Below are positions 1 to 9,561 of a DNA stretch of 64,000 nt, in pieces; the stretch's first letter is position 1; the number at the start of each line of letters is the position of its first letter. The notes beneath the pieces are model-generated. The model ran no database searches and had not been told where the DNA came from. It was given only the letters and a program-made list of their open reading frames with translations. The translations under genes were made by a program, and so were the position numbers. The stretch comes from Candidatus Heimdallarchaeum aukensis (GTDB taxonomy: Archaea > Asgardarchaeota > Heimdallarchaeia > Heimdallarchaeales > Heimdallarchaeaceae): positions 1,472,001 through 1,536,000 of the forward strand of contig CP084166.1 of the NCBI GenBank assembly GCA_021513695.1, written 5' to 3'.

Positions 1-1
1 A

Positions 2-298
2 ATTCCTATTTATCCAATTAAGAAGGAAGAAGTAGAGTGCGAAGACAAAATTAAGTTCGAAGTGATGAAGATTTTCTCAGAAGAGGTTAAGAAAGAATTT
101 TCAAATGTGTCAACATTAGATGGTGTTAGAATTGAATTAGAAAAAGGTTGGGTGCTTATAAGACCGTCTAATACTAGTCCTATAATCAGACTAACAGCTG
201 AAGCCGATACAGAAGAAGTCTTGAATGAGATCACCAGTAGTTTTAAAGAAAGGCTAAGCAAAACAATAGAAAAATACATGGAGAAGGCGAGAGCTTGA
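2..298 (+). CDS. Phosphohexomutase (phosphoglucosamine/phosphomannomutase family), C-terminal domain only; 5' end lies outside the window
   Basis: The frame is open from position 2 with no upstream stop. The C-terminal sequence DGVRIELEKGWVLIRPSNTSPIIRLTAEADTEE matches the conserved C-terminal domain of alpha-D-phosphohexomutases (consensus 'dG.ri....gWvliRPSgTEP.iRvy.EA'). Confidence 0.6.
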   Translation: MPIYPIKKEEVECEDKIKFEVMKIFSEEVKKEFSNVSTLDGVRIELEKGWVLIRPSNTSPIIRLTAEADTEEVLNEITSSFKERLSKTIEKYMEKARA

Positions 299-705
299 AA
301 AATACTAATTCTTTTTTTTATTGTAAGTATTCTTCTCAATGTTTTGAATGTTGTAAAGAGACAGAAATGGTTCTTTCAAATGAAGATATCCTAAGAATAA
401 AAAAACTAGGTTATAAAGTTCAAGAATTTGCCTTATATGAAGATGGTTTTTACATATTAAAGAACAAAAATGGATATTGCGTTTTCTTAAAAAATGGTAA
501 ATGTTCTATTTATAAAAATAGACCGGAAGGATGTAAATATTATCCTTTAATATTCGATGTAGAGAGCAACTCTGTTATTATAGATAAAGACTGCCCCAAG
601 AAAGAAAAATTCAACTTAAATAATTACTCATATCTAAGAACTAATGTTTTACATTTTGTTCTTAGACTATTTAAAGAAAAAGAAGAAAGAAAAAAAAGAG
701 AATAG
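295..705 (+). CDS. YkgJ/UPF0153-family CxxCxxCC zinc/iron-chelating domain protein
   Basis: N-terminal cysteine cluster C-x6-C-x2-CC (CKYSSQCFECC), followed by 'GYCVFLKNGKCSIYKNRPEGCKYYP', which is typical of the YkgJ family ('C.iY..RP..Cr.fP'). Overlaps the upstream gene by 4 nt (ATGA). Confidence 0.5.
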   Translation: MKNTNSFFYCKYSSQCFECCKETEMVLSNEDILRIKKLGYKVQEFALYEDGFYILKNKNGYCVFLKNGKCSIYKNRPEGCKYYPLIFDVESNSVIIDKDCPKKEKFNLNNYSYLRTNVLHFVLRLFKEKEERKKRE

Positions 706-732
706 ATTTAGAATAATATTGTATTTTAGCTA

Positions 733-1833
733 TTATTCATCAGTAAACATATTTTCAAATTTCTTTAGAACACCTGGTAAAGTGGTGTATTCCATTTCAC
801 TTAATGGCAATCTACTAGGTTCAAAAGGTCCATGCGCTCGAATGTAGTCTGCAATTTCATTTACTCTTCTTCTAACATGGTCAAAAGAAACATCATCAAA
901 CAGATCTACAGGGCCAACAATCTTTCCATTTTTTAATTGGAAACCTAAACTAACTACTCGAGGTGGCCCATCAAATCTGCCATTTTGACTATATTCAAGG
1001 CTTACAGGCATCAATGGTCCTCTGTGACTTCCTCTCATCCATCCTGAAACAAGATGACCAAGTGTAAAAGCTTCAAGTACCTCTCCTACAGCTGGAAAAC
1101 CACTTTGTGATCTCACAATAGCTACCGGATCATCTTTACCAACATATTTTCCAGCAATTAGAGAAAGTTTGTCCGTAGAAACTACTGCAGCTTGTCCTAA
1201 CTGCTCATTTTTTGAGAAAACTGATTTGATTACATAGTGTCCTGGTGCACCGATTAATGCCAATAGATCATACATCTGTTCAGGACAAGAGAGGGTAAGA
1301 TATTTGTTATTGTGTATATCCATTATTTTAAACTTGAATCCATCATGTAACTTTGGATCAATAACTAGTCCAGCTGTATTAAAGGGATTGGCAAAAATAT
1401 TGAAAATAGGGTAGTTGAATGCACCGGGTTCTGTTTTATCCATACCAAAAACAATTATAGGTTCTGCAGGTCTCTCTTCTATCTCCATTTCAGCTACTCC
1501 AGGTCCCATTCCTTTAACATTACCTGAAAAAGTATCAGTAAGAAGATCTTGCCCCGCACCATATAAACCATATTCTCTTGCATCTTGTCCAAGTTCCATA
1601 AAAATATCCCATGCTAATTTGTGTATTTCTTCACTATTCACACCTTTCTCATGTGTCATGAGAAGGTTTGTATCATCTCCTGCATTAAAGACCATAAAGT
1701 CGATAAGCAGTCCATCTTCCTTTGCTTTTTCTAAAAGCTCTTCAGCCTTTTCCATTAAAGGTTCATACACGACTACGTGTCCAGGTGAAGAACCGATATC
1801 TGCTTTAATCAAACTAATTGTTGTTTTGGTCAT
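733..1833 (-). CDS. fbp: Fructose-1,6-bisphosphate aldolase/phosphatase (archaeal class V FBPase)
   Basis: 366 aa. The N-terminus MTKTTISLIKADIGSSPGHVVVYEPLMEKAEE is the hallmark start of the archaeal bifunctional FBP aldolase/phosphatase family (MKTTiSvIKADiGs.gGH); length is typical (~365-385 aa). Confidence 0.85.
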   Translation of the reverse strand: MTKTTISLIKADIGSSPGHVVVYEPLMEKAEELLEKAKEDGLLIDFMVFNAGDDTNLLMTHEKGVNSEEIHKLAWDIFMELGQDAREYGLYGAGQDLLTDTFSGNVKGMGPGVAEMEIEERPAEPIIVFGMDKTEPGAFNYPIFNIFANPFNTAGLVIDPKLHDGFKFKIMDIHNNKYLTLSCPEQMYDLLALIGAPGHYVIKSVFSKNEQLGQAAVVSTDKLSLIAGKYVGKDDPVAIVRSQSGFPAVGEVLEAFTLGHLVSGWMRGSHRGPLMPVSLEYSQNGRFDGPPRVVSLGFQLKNGKIVGPVDLFDDVSFDHVRRRVNEIADYIRAHGPFEPSRLPLSEMEYTTLPGVLKKFENMFTDE

Positions 1834-1983
1834 ATAATATCACCTTATATTAACAAGTCTTAATATGTATTCGATACCCGTATCGTATATAAACTTTCGC
1901 CAACAACGATGTTTTGCCTAAAAAACGCTAAAACTTGTGAAAAATGGACTTATAAAAAAATTGTGAAAAAAGAAAGAAAAAGT

Positions 1984-2877
1984 TTACAAAAGATCGACAA
2001 GGTCAGAAGACCCACCAACAAAACCGACTTTTTGGTGTAAATAATCCATTTCTGTTAATTTATTAGGTTCTAGGCGAGGAACTGTTTCAAGGGTAAACAT
2101 CTCCTTGTTCTTTGTGATATAGTATCCTTTACCATTGACTTTTGAGAGAATATATAAGTAAGGTAAAATTTCATAGCATAGTCTTAATTTTGGTGAAAAA
2201 TAGGCGAAAACCCCAGTTTTATCAAGTATGTTATTCATATCTTGGACTAGGCACCCTCCATATCTTAGTTTTCCAACCTTCTTAATCTTATTCACAAATT
2301 CTTTTTCTTTTTCTGTAAATTCTTCTTCTTTTCCACCAAAACCATAAACTGGCTTTGAGCTGGGGCTTATTGATAAATCATCTTTCAGTACAAAGAATTC
2401 TCCATCAGCGTGAATAAACTGAATATAACCTGCTTCTGTAGCTAAATCAAATCGTAGAAATAGAGTATAACTTACAGTCATAGCTGCTTGTATATTTCCT
2501 TGTTTGTCTGTGATAAGAATTATTCCTCCTGGTCCTCTTGACCTTACAATTGATGATCCATCAATAAAATCACCCAAAATGATAAATTCTCCTGTTCCTT
2601 CAGTTATATTTTCTGGTGTTGTTTCTTCGCCTAAAAGGAGATAATAGTCCTCTTTTGGTAGTTTTTGTAAGAATAATTCATGGGATGCAACATCCAAGCT
2701 TAGTTGCATATCTCCAGAAACGTTTATTGTTCCAGCATATTCTTTTTCGTCTTTAATAAAACTTAGAATTTGTTTCGGGATCTCTAGAGTCACAACAAGA
2801 ATATCTTTTATTAGTTTTGACAAAGATGAATCTAGATCTGCTAAATATTCATCTAAGGTCGAGTATTTTGTTTTCAT
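1984..2877 (-). CDS. Fructose-1,6-bisphosphatase class I family protein (short form)
   Basis: 297 aa. 'NVSGDMQLSLDVASHELFLQKL' aligns with E. coli Fbp '[22 protein letters not shown]'. The metal-binding loop 'ILGDFIDGSSIVRSRGPGGIILI' corresponds to '[23 protein letters not shown]'. The C-terminal 'KLRLCYEILPYLYILSKVNGKGYYI' corresponds to '[25 protein letters not shown]'. Confidence 0.65.
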   Translation of the reverse strand: MKTKYSTLDEYLADLDSSLSKLIKDILVVTLEIPKQILSFIKDEKEYAGTINVSGDMQLSLDVASHELFLQKLPKEDYYLLLGEETTPENITEGTGEFIILGDFIDGSSIVRSRGPGGIILITDKQGNIQAAMTVSYTLFLRFDLATEAGYIQFIHADGEFFVLKDDLSISPSSKPVYGFGGKEEEFTEKEKEFVNKIKKVGKLRYGGCLVQDMNNILDKTGVFAYFSPKLRLCYEILPYLYILSKVNGKGYYITKNKEMFTLETVPRLEPNKLTEMDYLHQKVGFVGGSSDLVDLL

Positions 2878-2887
2878 TTCAACCCCT

Positions 2888-4057
2888 TCAGTAAGAATCT
2901 ATTAAATCATTTGAGGTGATGTATTGATAACAAAGTTCTGCAGTATTTTCCATTTTTAGAGCCTTAATGAATTTCAGCATCTCTTCCTCAGCTTTTTCGA
3001 TTATTTTTTCTTTTGTTTCTCCTTTTAAATTCTCAATTTTGTTGAAAAATGGTTTCCAAGCCCTTTTCGCATTTGAAGCAAAAACTTTGTGCTCGTCTAC
3101 TCCTTCTTTCATATAGTTCTCAAGTACCCATGCTCGCATCTCTGAATAGAGTTCTGGTTCTTCTTCTTCTAAAACAGAGTAAACTACATTTTGCCAGTGT
3201 GTGCCTATATTTCCTTTGGCTACCGCTCCATGTGGAAATGTTGATTCTATAACATCGATAGGTGTTCCTGTTATTCCATGTTGAGCAATCCTTGTACCAA
3301 ACCCTTCTTCCTTTAGGGCATCAACGATTTCAACTGTTCTTTTCACATTAATTCCCAATTGAGGAATAATGTTTCCTTCTGCGTCAACGTTTACTCCGTG
3401 TTTTGATCCATTTGCGATGGCTAAATAATCTAAAGTTACTCCATGTTCTTTCAAACTTCTAACATAAAAAGTAGCTTCTTCAACTGTTGTATACTCTGTA
3501 ATTCCTATTTCTCCCACTTCACCTTCTAAGCCATAAGCTCTTCCTTTCATCTGTTCTTCTAGAAATTCAAATAATACCAATCCTTTCTTAATAATTTGTT
3601 CTAGTTGTCCCTTTACTTCAGATTGATTTCTGTCAAAAAGGAAAGAGGTATCAATTGCATATCCTGTAAAACCAGCATTTACTCTTGCTTCTATTTCTTT
3701 TTTCACTTGTTCCATTTCTTCATCTGTACCTTTTTTCACTGTAAGATGGTCAGCATGTAACGCATAAGCAAACCATTTTTCTTTTTCTGCTGCGCTTTTA
3801 CATCTATTAGCAAAGAGTTCTGGAGTATAACCTGTGTATCCTCCTGAAATGGACATCTCACTTAATGCTAATTCAAAAATTACAACAGCATTCTTTTTTT
3901 TAGCAGCCCTTAAAACTCCACGAATTACTTCTTCCGTTGCTCTGGGGTTTATTGCAGCTATTATTGAGCAGGTGTTTAATGTTCCTTTTGCAATATAATT
4001 CAAAGGTAGAGGAGATCTTGGATTTTCAAAATAGGTTACTACTTCTTCTTTTGTCAT
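2888..4057 (-). CDS. Class II (metal-dependent) ketose-bisphosphate aldolase family protein (fructose/tagatose-bisphosphate aldolase-like)
   Basis: Class II aldolase motifs are present: 'ALHADHLTV' (DH Zn ligand), 'LAIANGSKHGVN' (HG motif), 'IAQHGITGTPIDVI' (LHGgSG-like). The track ORF starts at 4186, but that 43-aa N-terminal extension is Cys/Arg-rich and overlaps the next gene. The start was therefore placed at the Met of 'MTKEEVVTYFENP' (4057). Confidence 0.65.
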   Translation of the reverse strand: MTKEEVVTYFENPRSPLPLNYIAKGTLNTCSIIAAINPRATEEVIRGVLRAAKKKNAVVIFELALSEMSISGGYTGYTPELFANRCKSAAEKEKWFAYALHADHLTVKKGTDEEMEQVKKEIEARVNAGFTGYAIDTSFLFDRNQSEVKGQLEQIIKKGLVLFEFLEEQMKGRAYGLEGEVGEIGITEYTTVEEATFYVRSLKEHGVTLDYLAIANGSKHGVNVDAEGNIIPQLGINVKRTVEIVDALKEEGFGTRIAQHGITGTPIDVIESTFPHGAVAKGNIGTHWQNVVYSVLEEEEPELYSEMRAWVLENYMKEGVDEHKVFASNAKRAWKPFFNKIENLKGETKEKIIEKAEEEMLKFIKALKMENTAELCYQYITSNDLIDSY

Positions 4058-4125
4058 TCTGAAGAAAAAAATATCATACCAATAATAACATTTTCGATTA
4101 AAAATGAGAAATTGATGAAGAAAAG

Positions 4126-4437
4126 CTAAACAAAAATTACTTCTTCTCGCACCATTGTTTCTACATTTTGCATTTCTTTTGTCCACTCGTGGTAAAGTTT
4201 AGAGATTTCTTCTTCACTACGTAGAAGTTTATTCAAATCTGTGTAATCTTGTAACCAAAAAATCCAGATAGAAGTAGCTCCTATACCTATTCCTCCACTT
4301 GCAGCAACAATTTCCTTTATCCAAGGAGCTTCATTAACAAGTTCGTGAAACTTCCTAACCTTTTTTGACAATTTGTCGCTTATCTCCTCTGGCCAGTCAA
4401 ACATTACAATATAATATATTCCAGGTTTTTTCGACAT
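4126..4437 (-). CDS. Hypothetical small protein (103 aa)
   Basis: ORF without low-complexity bias, located between the aldolase gene and a divergent promoter region. No family confidently recognised. Confidence 0.3.
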   Translation of the reverse strand: MSKKPGIYYIVMFDWPEEISDKLSKKVRKFHELVNEAPWIKEIVAASGGIGIGATSIWIFWLQDYTDLNKLLRSEEEISKLYHEWTKEMQNVETMVREEVIFV

Positions 4438-4574
4438 ACTAGCACCTTTTTGTAAATAATATATAAAACGAACTTAAAAAGAATTCGAAATTATAAGGCA
4501 TATTTTTAATATTGGTATATTTTAATCTAATTTCCTTTAGCAAATATTATTAACATTGAAAAAAACGATTCTCA

Positions 4575-5504
4575 ATGAAGTATGGAATAATTATCCACGG
4601 AGGAGCTTGGGATATTCCTGATAACTTTGTTGATAACCATTTGGATGGAATAAATAACGCTTTAAAACTAGGTTATTCACTTCTTGAAGATAATAATAAT
4701 GCCATTGATATTGCTGAAAAAGTAGTTGTTTTGTTAGAAAATGACCCTACATTTGATGCTGGAAAAGGTTCTTTTTTAAATGCTTTAGGTAAGGTCGAGA
4801 TGGATGCAATAATAGCTACAGATGACTATAAAATTGGTTCTGTTGCAGCCCTAAATAATTATTCTAATCCTATAAAAATTGCAAGAGCGATATATGATTT
4901 TGATGGGGCAGTAATGTTAGTTGGAGAAGGAGCAAAAATTTTTGCTGAGCAGCTTGGGTTCCAACAATGCAAAGTTGAAGATTTACTTGTAGGGAGAGAA
5001 CTTGAGAGATACTTAAAGATAAAAAAAGACGCTACTTTTGTCCCAAAAGATGCTTTTAGACGTAAAACGAGAGGGACTGTTGGTGCAGTTGTTCTAGACA
5101 AAAAAGGGAGAATGGCTGTGGCAGTCTCAACAGGAGGAACACCAAAAAAACCTCCAGGAAGAGTAGGAGATACGCCATTATTTGGAGCAGGAGCATATAT
5201 AGAAAAAGACAAACTAGGTGTTGCTGCGACTGGATACGGTGAAGACCTAATTAAAGCTCTAATCTCGAAGAGGGTGCTAGACTTTTTTGACAGAGGGCTT
5301 TCTCCTCTAGAATCAACAGAACAAGCAATATCTTTTCTTTCTAAAAATGTTCAAGGATTAGGCGGAGTCATTGCTTTAGGAAAAAAGGGAGTAGGGTTAG
5401 CTTTTAATACCCCAAGAATGGCTTTCGGTGTTCAAACAGACGAAATTGATAGCTTTATTGGTATTAATCAAAAAGACAAAGAAGAACTATCGAAACAGCT
5501 GTAG
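4575..5504 (+). CDS. Isoaspartyl peptidase / L-asparaginase (plant-type, Ntn-hydrolase)
   Basis: 309 aa. Begins 'GIIIHGGAW'. The autoproteolytic site 'TRGTVGAVVLDKKG' (G|T nucleophile) and downstream 'GAGAYIE...GVAATGYGEDLI' match the Asparaginase_2 family. Confidence 0.8.
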   Translation: MKYGIIIHGGAWDIPDNFVDNHLDGINNALKLGYSLLEDNNNAIDIAEKVVVLLENDPTFDAGKGSFLNALGKVEMDAIIATDDYKIGSVAALNNYSNPIKIARAIYDFDGAVMLVGEGAKIFAEQLGFQQCKVEDLLVGRELERYLKIKKDATFVPKDAFRRKTRGTVGAVVLDKKGRMAVAVSTGGTPKKPPGRVGDTPLFGAGAYIEKDKLGVAATGYGEDLIKALISKRVLDFFDRGLSPLESTEQAISFLSKNVQGLGGVIALGKKGVGLAFNTPRMAFGVQTDEIDSFIGINQKDKEELSKQL

Positions 5505-5569
5505 AAGAAGTGTTTTTTTATTTTAATTTTTTACAAAAAAAATAAAAAAGACTTTCTCAACTCGTTGTT

Positions 5570-6367
5570 GTGAAAGAATTAACATTAATTTCTTGGAATG
5601 TCAATGGTATTAGGTCTTTATCAAAAAAAGTAGTTTACAAAAACATGAGTTTCAGAGAATGGGTACAATTTTACTCTCCACACATCATTTGCATACAAGA
5701 AACTAAAGCTTCTCAAGAACAAGTCCCTGCTTCAATAAGTATGATCCCAGGTTATCATACATATTGGAGTTCAGCAGTGAGGAAAGGATATAGCGGAGTC
5801 TTAACCTATACTAAAGCTAGAGCTAGAAGTGTAAATAAAAACCTAGGAATCGAGAAATTCGATATTGAAGGGAGAATGCTAGAAACAGAATTTAAACACT
5901 TTGTACTCTTTAATGTTTATTTTCCAAATGGGAAGAGTAGTAAAGAAAGATTAGATTACAAGATGGAATTCTATGATGTCTTCTTGGAGTATATAGAAAA
6001 AGTAAGAAGTAAAGGGAAACCAATTATTGTTTGTGGTGATGTAAATACTGCACATAAAGAGATAGATTTAGCAAGACCAAAGGAAAATGAAACAATTTCT
6101 GGATTTTTACCTCAAGAAAGAGAATGGATTACAAAACTTATAGACCACGGTTATTATGATACATTTAGATTAATCAACGGAGACATACCAAACAAGTACT
6201 CATGGTGGAGTATGAGAACTAGAGCTCGAGAAAGAAATGTAGGATGGAGAATAGATTATTTCTTCGTCTCTGAAGAGTTAAAAGATTCAGTAACTGACGC
6301 CTTTATTTTAGATGAGATTTATGGTTCTGACCACTGTCCAATCGGAATAAAGATAAATGTACCATAG
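5570..6367 (+). CDS. xth: Exodeoxyribonuclease III (AP endonuclease, Xth family)
   Basis: 265 aa with a GTG start. 'LTLISWNVNGIRS', 'IICIQETK' and the C-terminal 'IDYFFVS....GSDHCPI' are canonical ExoIII/APE1 EEP-fold motifs. Confidence 0.85.
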   Translation: MKELTLISWNVNGIRSLSKKVVYKNMSFREWVQFYSPHIICIQETKASQEQVPASISMIPGYHTYWSSAVRKGYSGVLTYTKARARSVNKNLGIEKFDIEGRMLETEFKHFVLFNVYFPNGKSSKERLDYKMEFYDVFLEYIEKVRSKGKPIIVCGDVNTAHKEIDLARPKENETISGFLPQEREWITKLIDHGYYDTFRLINGDIPNKYSWWSMRTRARERNVGWRIDYFFVSEELKDSVTDAFILDEIYGSDHCPIGIKINVP

Positions 6368-6388
6368 TTTGAAGAAGGAAAAAGAGTT

Positions 6389-7483
6389 CTAAAATTCATT
6401 TCCGAATTTTCTTTTTGCTGCCTCAACTAATCCCACAGGACCAGTCATCATAACATCTCCCGAAGGAGAGGCAAAGTGAACAGGTATTAAAGCTTTTTCT
6501 AAAAGTTTTCTTTTTGGTCCTGTGGCTGCTACAATTTCTATTTCTTCCCAACTTATATTATTATCAAGGTAAACTACTCCATGTCCACCTTCATTGAAAA
6601 CGGTTTCGTTTTTCAGTTTCCCATTAGAGAGAGCTATTATCTCATTTACTAGTTTTTCAGTTGAGAGCATATGTGTGTGATGCTCCATTATTGCTTTAAT
6701 TTCGTTGTCGTAGATGACTGTTACCATTGTATGTGAGTTTCCCACATCCATAGCAACAACTTTCCTTTTAGAAGTAACTATTGGATCATTTATTGCCCCC
6801 AGAATAGCTGCTGCAGAAGTGTCCATTACTAAAGATCCAAAATTGGTTTGATGTTTTTTATTATAATTTTGTATTTCTCTCACCACAGAACGCATTCTTA
6901 AGAAAGAATTAGGAATTTCATTTTCCAAGAAAGCTAGTGTCCAAGGGTTTGGAGAATCATTTAGAATCTCCTCTATTAGTTTTACTCTAAATTTTCTATC
7001 ACTTACTCCTACTGGCGCTTTTCCGTGGTCAAGTACTGCTACAGCAATTGTTTCTATATCAGAAAAATGTTCTTCAGCTGTTGAGAGAAGAGAAAAGATT
7101 TCTTCCAAAAAGACTTCATATAAACAAATATTTTCAATTCCAGAGAGATGCGATATTGTTTCAACATCTGAAAAAACATTTACTCCGAGAGCTTTAACTT
7201 CTTCTATTTTATTTCTAATACTTAAAGCTGTATTAACGCTCATATACACCTTATGACCATTTTTAATATGATTCTTAATAGCTTTTGTAAACGCTCCCCC
7301 ACCTATTGTTTCTCCGTAAATAACTAGATCCCTTCCCTTTTCTGTAACCTTTTTTATTTTCTTCGCAAAAATTTGTGTTGGTGATGGAAGAACTAATTTA
7401 ATGTTATTTTCTATGTTTTTTTCAGGATCATATAGTAGAATATCTTGTGTTCCTGCTCCAATATCAATTGCTAGAATTTTCAT
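6389..7483 (-). CDS. ASKHA-fold (actin/sugar-kinase/Hsp70-like) ATPase-domain protein, DUF1786-like
   Basis: The N-terminus 'MKILAIDIGAGTQDILLYD' is a phosphate-1 motif of the ASKHA superfamily. It resembles the archaeal DUF1786 family as recalled from memory; the exact function is unknown. Confidence 0.35.
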   Translation of the reverse strand: MKILAIDIGAGTQDILLYDPEKNIENNIKLVLPSPTQIFAKKIKKVTEKGRDLVIYGETIGGGAFTKAIKNHIKNGHKVYMSVNTALSIRNKIEEVKALGVNVFSDVETISHLSGIENICLYEVFLEEIFSLLSTAEEHFSDIETIAVAVLDHGKAPVGVSDRKFRVKLIEEILNDSPNPWTLAFLENEIPNSFLRMRSVVREIQNYNKKHQTNFGSLVMDTSAAAILGAINDPIVTSKRKVVAMDVGNSHTMVTVIYDNEIKAIMEHHTHMLSTEKLVNEIIALSNGKLKNETVFNEGGHGVVYLDNNISWEEIEIVAATGPKRKLLEKALIPVHFASPSGDVMMTGPVGLVEAAKRKFGNEF

Positions 7484-7579
7484 TAAAAACTCTCTCCAAC
7501 TTTTCAGATGGACATCTTTTCTCCACTATATTTAAAAACAACTTGGTATATGTATCATAAACACATTGGAGAGATAAAT

Positions 7580-8833
7580 ATGGGAACAATTTATGATGGT
7601 TTAGAGGAAATCGGTCCTCATTTTGAACTTAGTGAAACTCATAAAATGGTTAGGCAAAGTGTAAGAGAGTTTGCTGAAAAAGAGATTGCCCCTTATGTAA
7701 AAGAGTGGGATCAAGCACATGAATTTCATAAGCCAATACTAAAGAAAATGGCTGAACAAGGAATTCTGGGTATTTCCTTACCAGTAAAGTATGGAGGAGG
7801 AGGACTAGATTATATATCACTAGCTATTGCTTGTGAAGAACTTGAAAGAATTGACACGGCAATGAGAGTAATTTTGTCTGTCCATAATGGATTGTGCTCT
7901 TTGACCATTTTCCAGTGGGGAAATAAAGAGCAAAAAGAAAAATACTTGCCTAAACTTGCAACGGGAGAAGTCATTGGAACTTTCGGATTGACAGAACCAG
8001 CTGCTGGAAGTGACCCTGCAGGTATAAAATCTCGATGCAGAAAAGAAGGAGACGAATGGGTTATAAGTGGAGAAAAAATGTGGATATCCTACACAAATTC
8101 ATCAGATGTTTTTCTAATTTTTGCATATGAGGAAGACGTCAAACATAAAGGTATGAGAGCTTTTATCGTTGAAAGAGATTTTGGAGGATTAACTACTGGT
8201 AATATCGAACACAAGATGGGAGTCCGTGCTGGAGAAACAGGATGGATACATCTTGATGAAGTTAGAGTTCCTGCCGAAAATCTATTAGGCGAAGCTGAAG
8301 AAGGATTTAAGATTGCAATGTCTGCATTAGATTGGGGAAGATATACTGTAGGAGCTGGAGCTGTAGGTGCTGCTAAAGCCTCACTTGAAGCTTCTGTTGC
8401 TTATGCAAATGAGAGAGAAACATTTGGAAAGAAAATTGGACAGCACCAATTCATTCAAGGAATGATTGCTGATATGGTTGCTGATATCGAAGCAGCTGAA
8501 TTATTAATTTGGAAAGCTGGCTGGGTGAAAAATCAAGGTAAAATTAATACAAGAGAAACAGCCCTATCGAAGTGGTATGCTACTAACGCCGCAGTTAGAT
8601 GTGCAGATAGAGCAATACAAATTCATGGAGCATATGGATTCTGTGATGATTACCCTGTAGCTCGTTATTATAGAAACGTAAGAGGAGCAACAATCTATGA
8701 AGGAAGCAATGAAATACAGAAAATAATTCAAGCTAGATATGCTCTTGGATACTTCAAAGACAAACCTTTACGCTGCATGCCTCCTAAGTATGATCCTGAA
8801 GAATGGATGAATCCAGATACTGATAAATACTAA
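7580..8833 (+). CDS. Acyl-CoA dehydrogenase
   Basis: 'LSETHKMVRQSVREFAEKEIAP', 'GTFGLTEPAAGSD', 'ISGEKMWIS', 'YANERETFGKKIGQHQ', 'IYEGSNEIQ' are canonical ACAD motifs. The track ORF starts at 7508; the Met at 7580 (MGTIYDG...) gives a typical length. Confidence 0.85.
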   Translation: MGTIYDGLEEIGPHFELSETHKMVRQSVREFAEKEIAPYVKEWDQAHEFHKPILKKMAEQGILGISLPVKYGGGGLDYISLAIACEELERIDTAMRVILSVHNGLCSLTIFQWGNKEQKEKYLPKLATGEVIGTFGLTEPAAGSDPAGIKSRCRKEGDEWVISGEKMWISYTNSSDVFLIFAYEEDVKHKGMRAFIVERDFGGLTTGNIEHKMGVRAGETGWIHLDEVRVPAENLLGEAEEGFKIAMSALDWGRYTVGAGAVGAAKASLEASVAYANERETFGKKIGQHQFIQGMIADMVADIEAAELLIWKAGWVKNQGKINTRETALSKWYATNAAVRCADRAIQIHGAYGFCDDYPVARYYRNVRGATIYEGSNEIQKIIQARYALGYFKDKPLRCMPPKYDPEEWMNPDTDKY

Positions 8834-8896
8834 TTTAAATTTTTATTTTTTTCACAAAAAGATTAAATACCCTTTTTTATTTTTTTAAATACTACA

Positions 8897-9544
8897 ATGT
8901 TAGAAGGATACTTTGCCTATATCTTTGATTTTAAGGAGAAAAGAATATGTGAAATTTTAAAATCAAACTCTGAAATATTCTCGAAACATATTCAATATTT
9001 AAAGAATGTAAAAGAGTTGGGAAAGTTACAAATTGCTGGAATAACACAACAAAAAGAAAAAGAGATAATTTTGCTTAATGTGCAAGATGAAAAGCTAGCA
9101 GAAGCAATCTTTTTGAATGATCCTTTAAGAAAATCCAACTTTTTTTGCTCATATTTTTATCGAGCAAATATCTCACATCAATCAATATCTTTTTTATGTA
9201 AACACAATAAAGACAGTAAAGAAGAGGAAATTTTAGAGAATTATAAAAAAACAAAAACAAAGTTTTTTTTAAGTTTTTTTAGAAAAAATAGGAATATTCC
9301 AAGTAGTTCTGTTATTACACAGCTAGATATATTGCATGAGCATCATGAGTATGTGAAGAAAAAGATTCTTTCTAATAAGTTCATAATAACAGGTTTAATT
9401 AATGATGAAAAAATTGGAAATATTATTCTTATATATGCTGAAGATATCGATGAAGCTACTTTACTTTTAAAAAATGACCCCATAATTTCCAAGAAACTTT
9501 TCAATTTTGAAGTATATCCATTTAATATTTTACTAGTTGGATAA
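8897..9544 (+). CDS. Tandem YciI-like (Dabb/stress-responsive alpha-beta barrel) domain protein
   Basis: Two ~95-aa halves each fit the YciI pattern (H..yl..l.e.Gkl..aG.........il..v.d...A......DP). Half 1: 'HIQYLKNVKELGKLQIAGI...ILLNVQDEKLAEAIFLNDPL'. Half 2: 'HHEYVKKKILSNKFIITGL...ILIYAEDIDEATLLLKNDPI'. Confidence 0.45.
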   Translation: MLEGYFAYIFDFKEKRICEILKSNSEIFSKHIQYLKNVKELGKLQIAGITQQKEKEIILLNVQDEKLAEAIFLNDPLRKSNFFCSYFYRANISHQSISFLCKHNKDSKEEEILENYKKTKTKFFLSFFRKNRNIPSSSVITQLDILHEHHEYVKKKILSNKFIITGLINDEKIGNIILIYAEDIDEATLLLKNDPIISKKLFNFEVYPFNILLVG

Positions 9545-9561
9545 AAACAGAATAGAACGCA

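Noticed and set aside
10-339. 109-aa minus-strand ORF at the window start
   Set aside because: Low-complexity Ser/Leu/Ile-rich translation lying entirely antisense to the well-supported phosphohexomutase C-terminal ORF and the YkgJ start. Typical shadow ORF.
1415-1837. 140-aa plus-strand ORF
   Set aside because: Antisense to the class V FBP aldolase/phosphatase gene, with Ser/Pro-rich low-complexity product.
4058-4186. 43-codon N-terminal extension of the class II aldolase ORF
   Set aside because: Cys/Arg/Phe-rich, overlaps the upstream 103-aa gene, and the aldolase homology starts at the internal Met.
4859-5212. 117-aa minus-strand ORF inside the asparaginase gene
   Set aside because: Antisense shadow ORF with no motif support.
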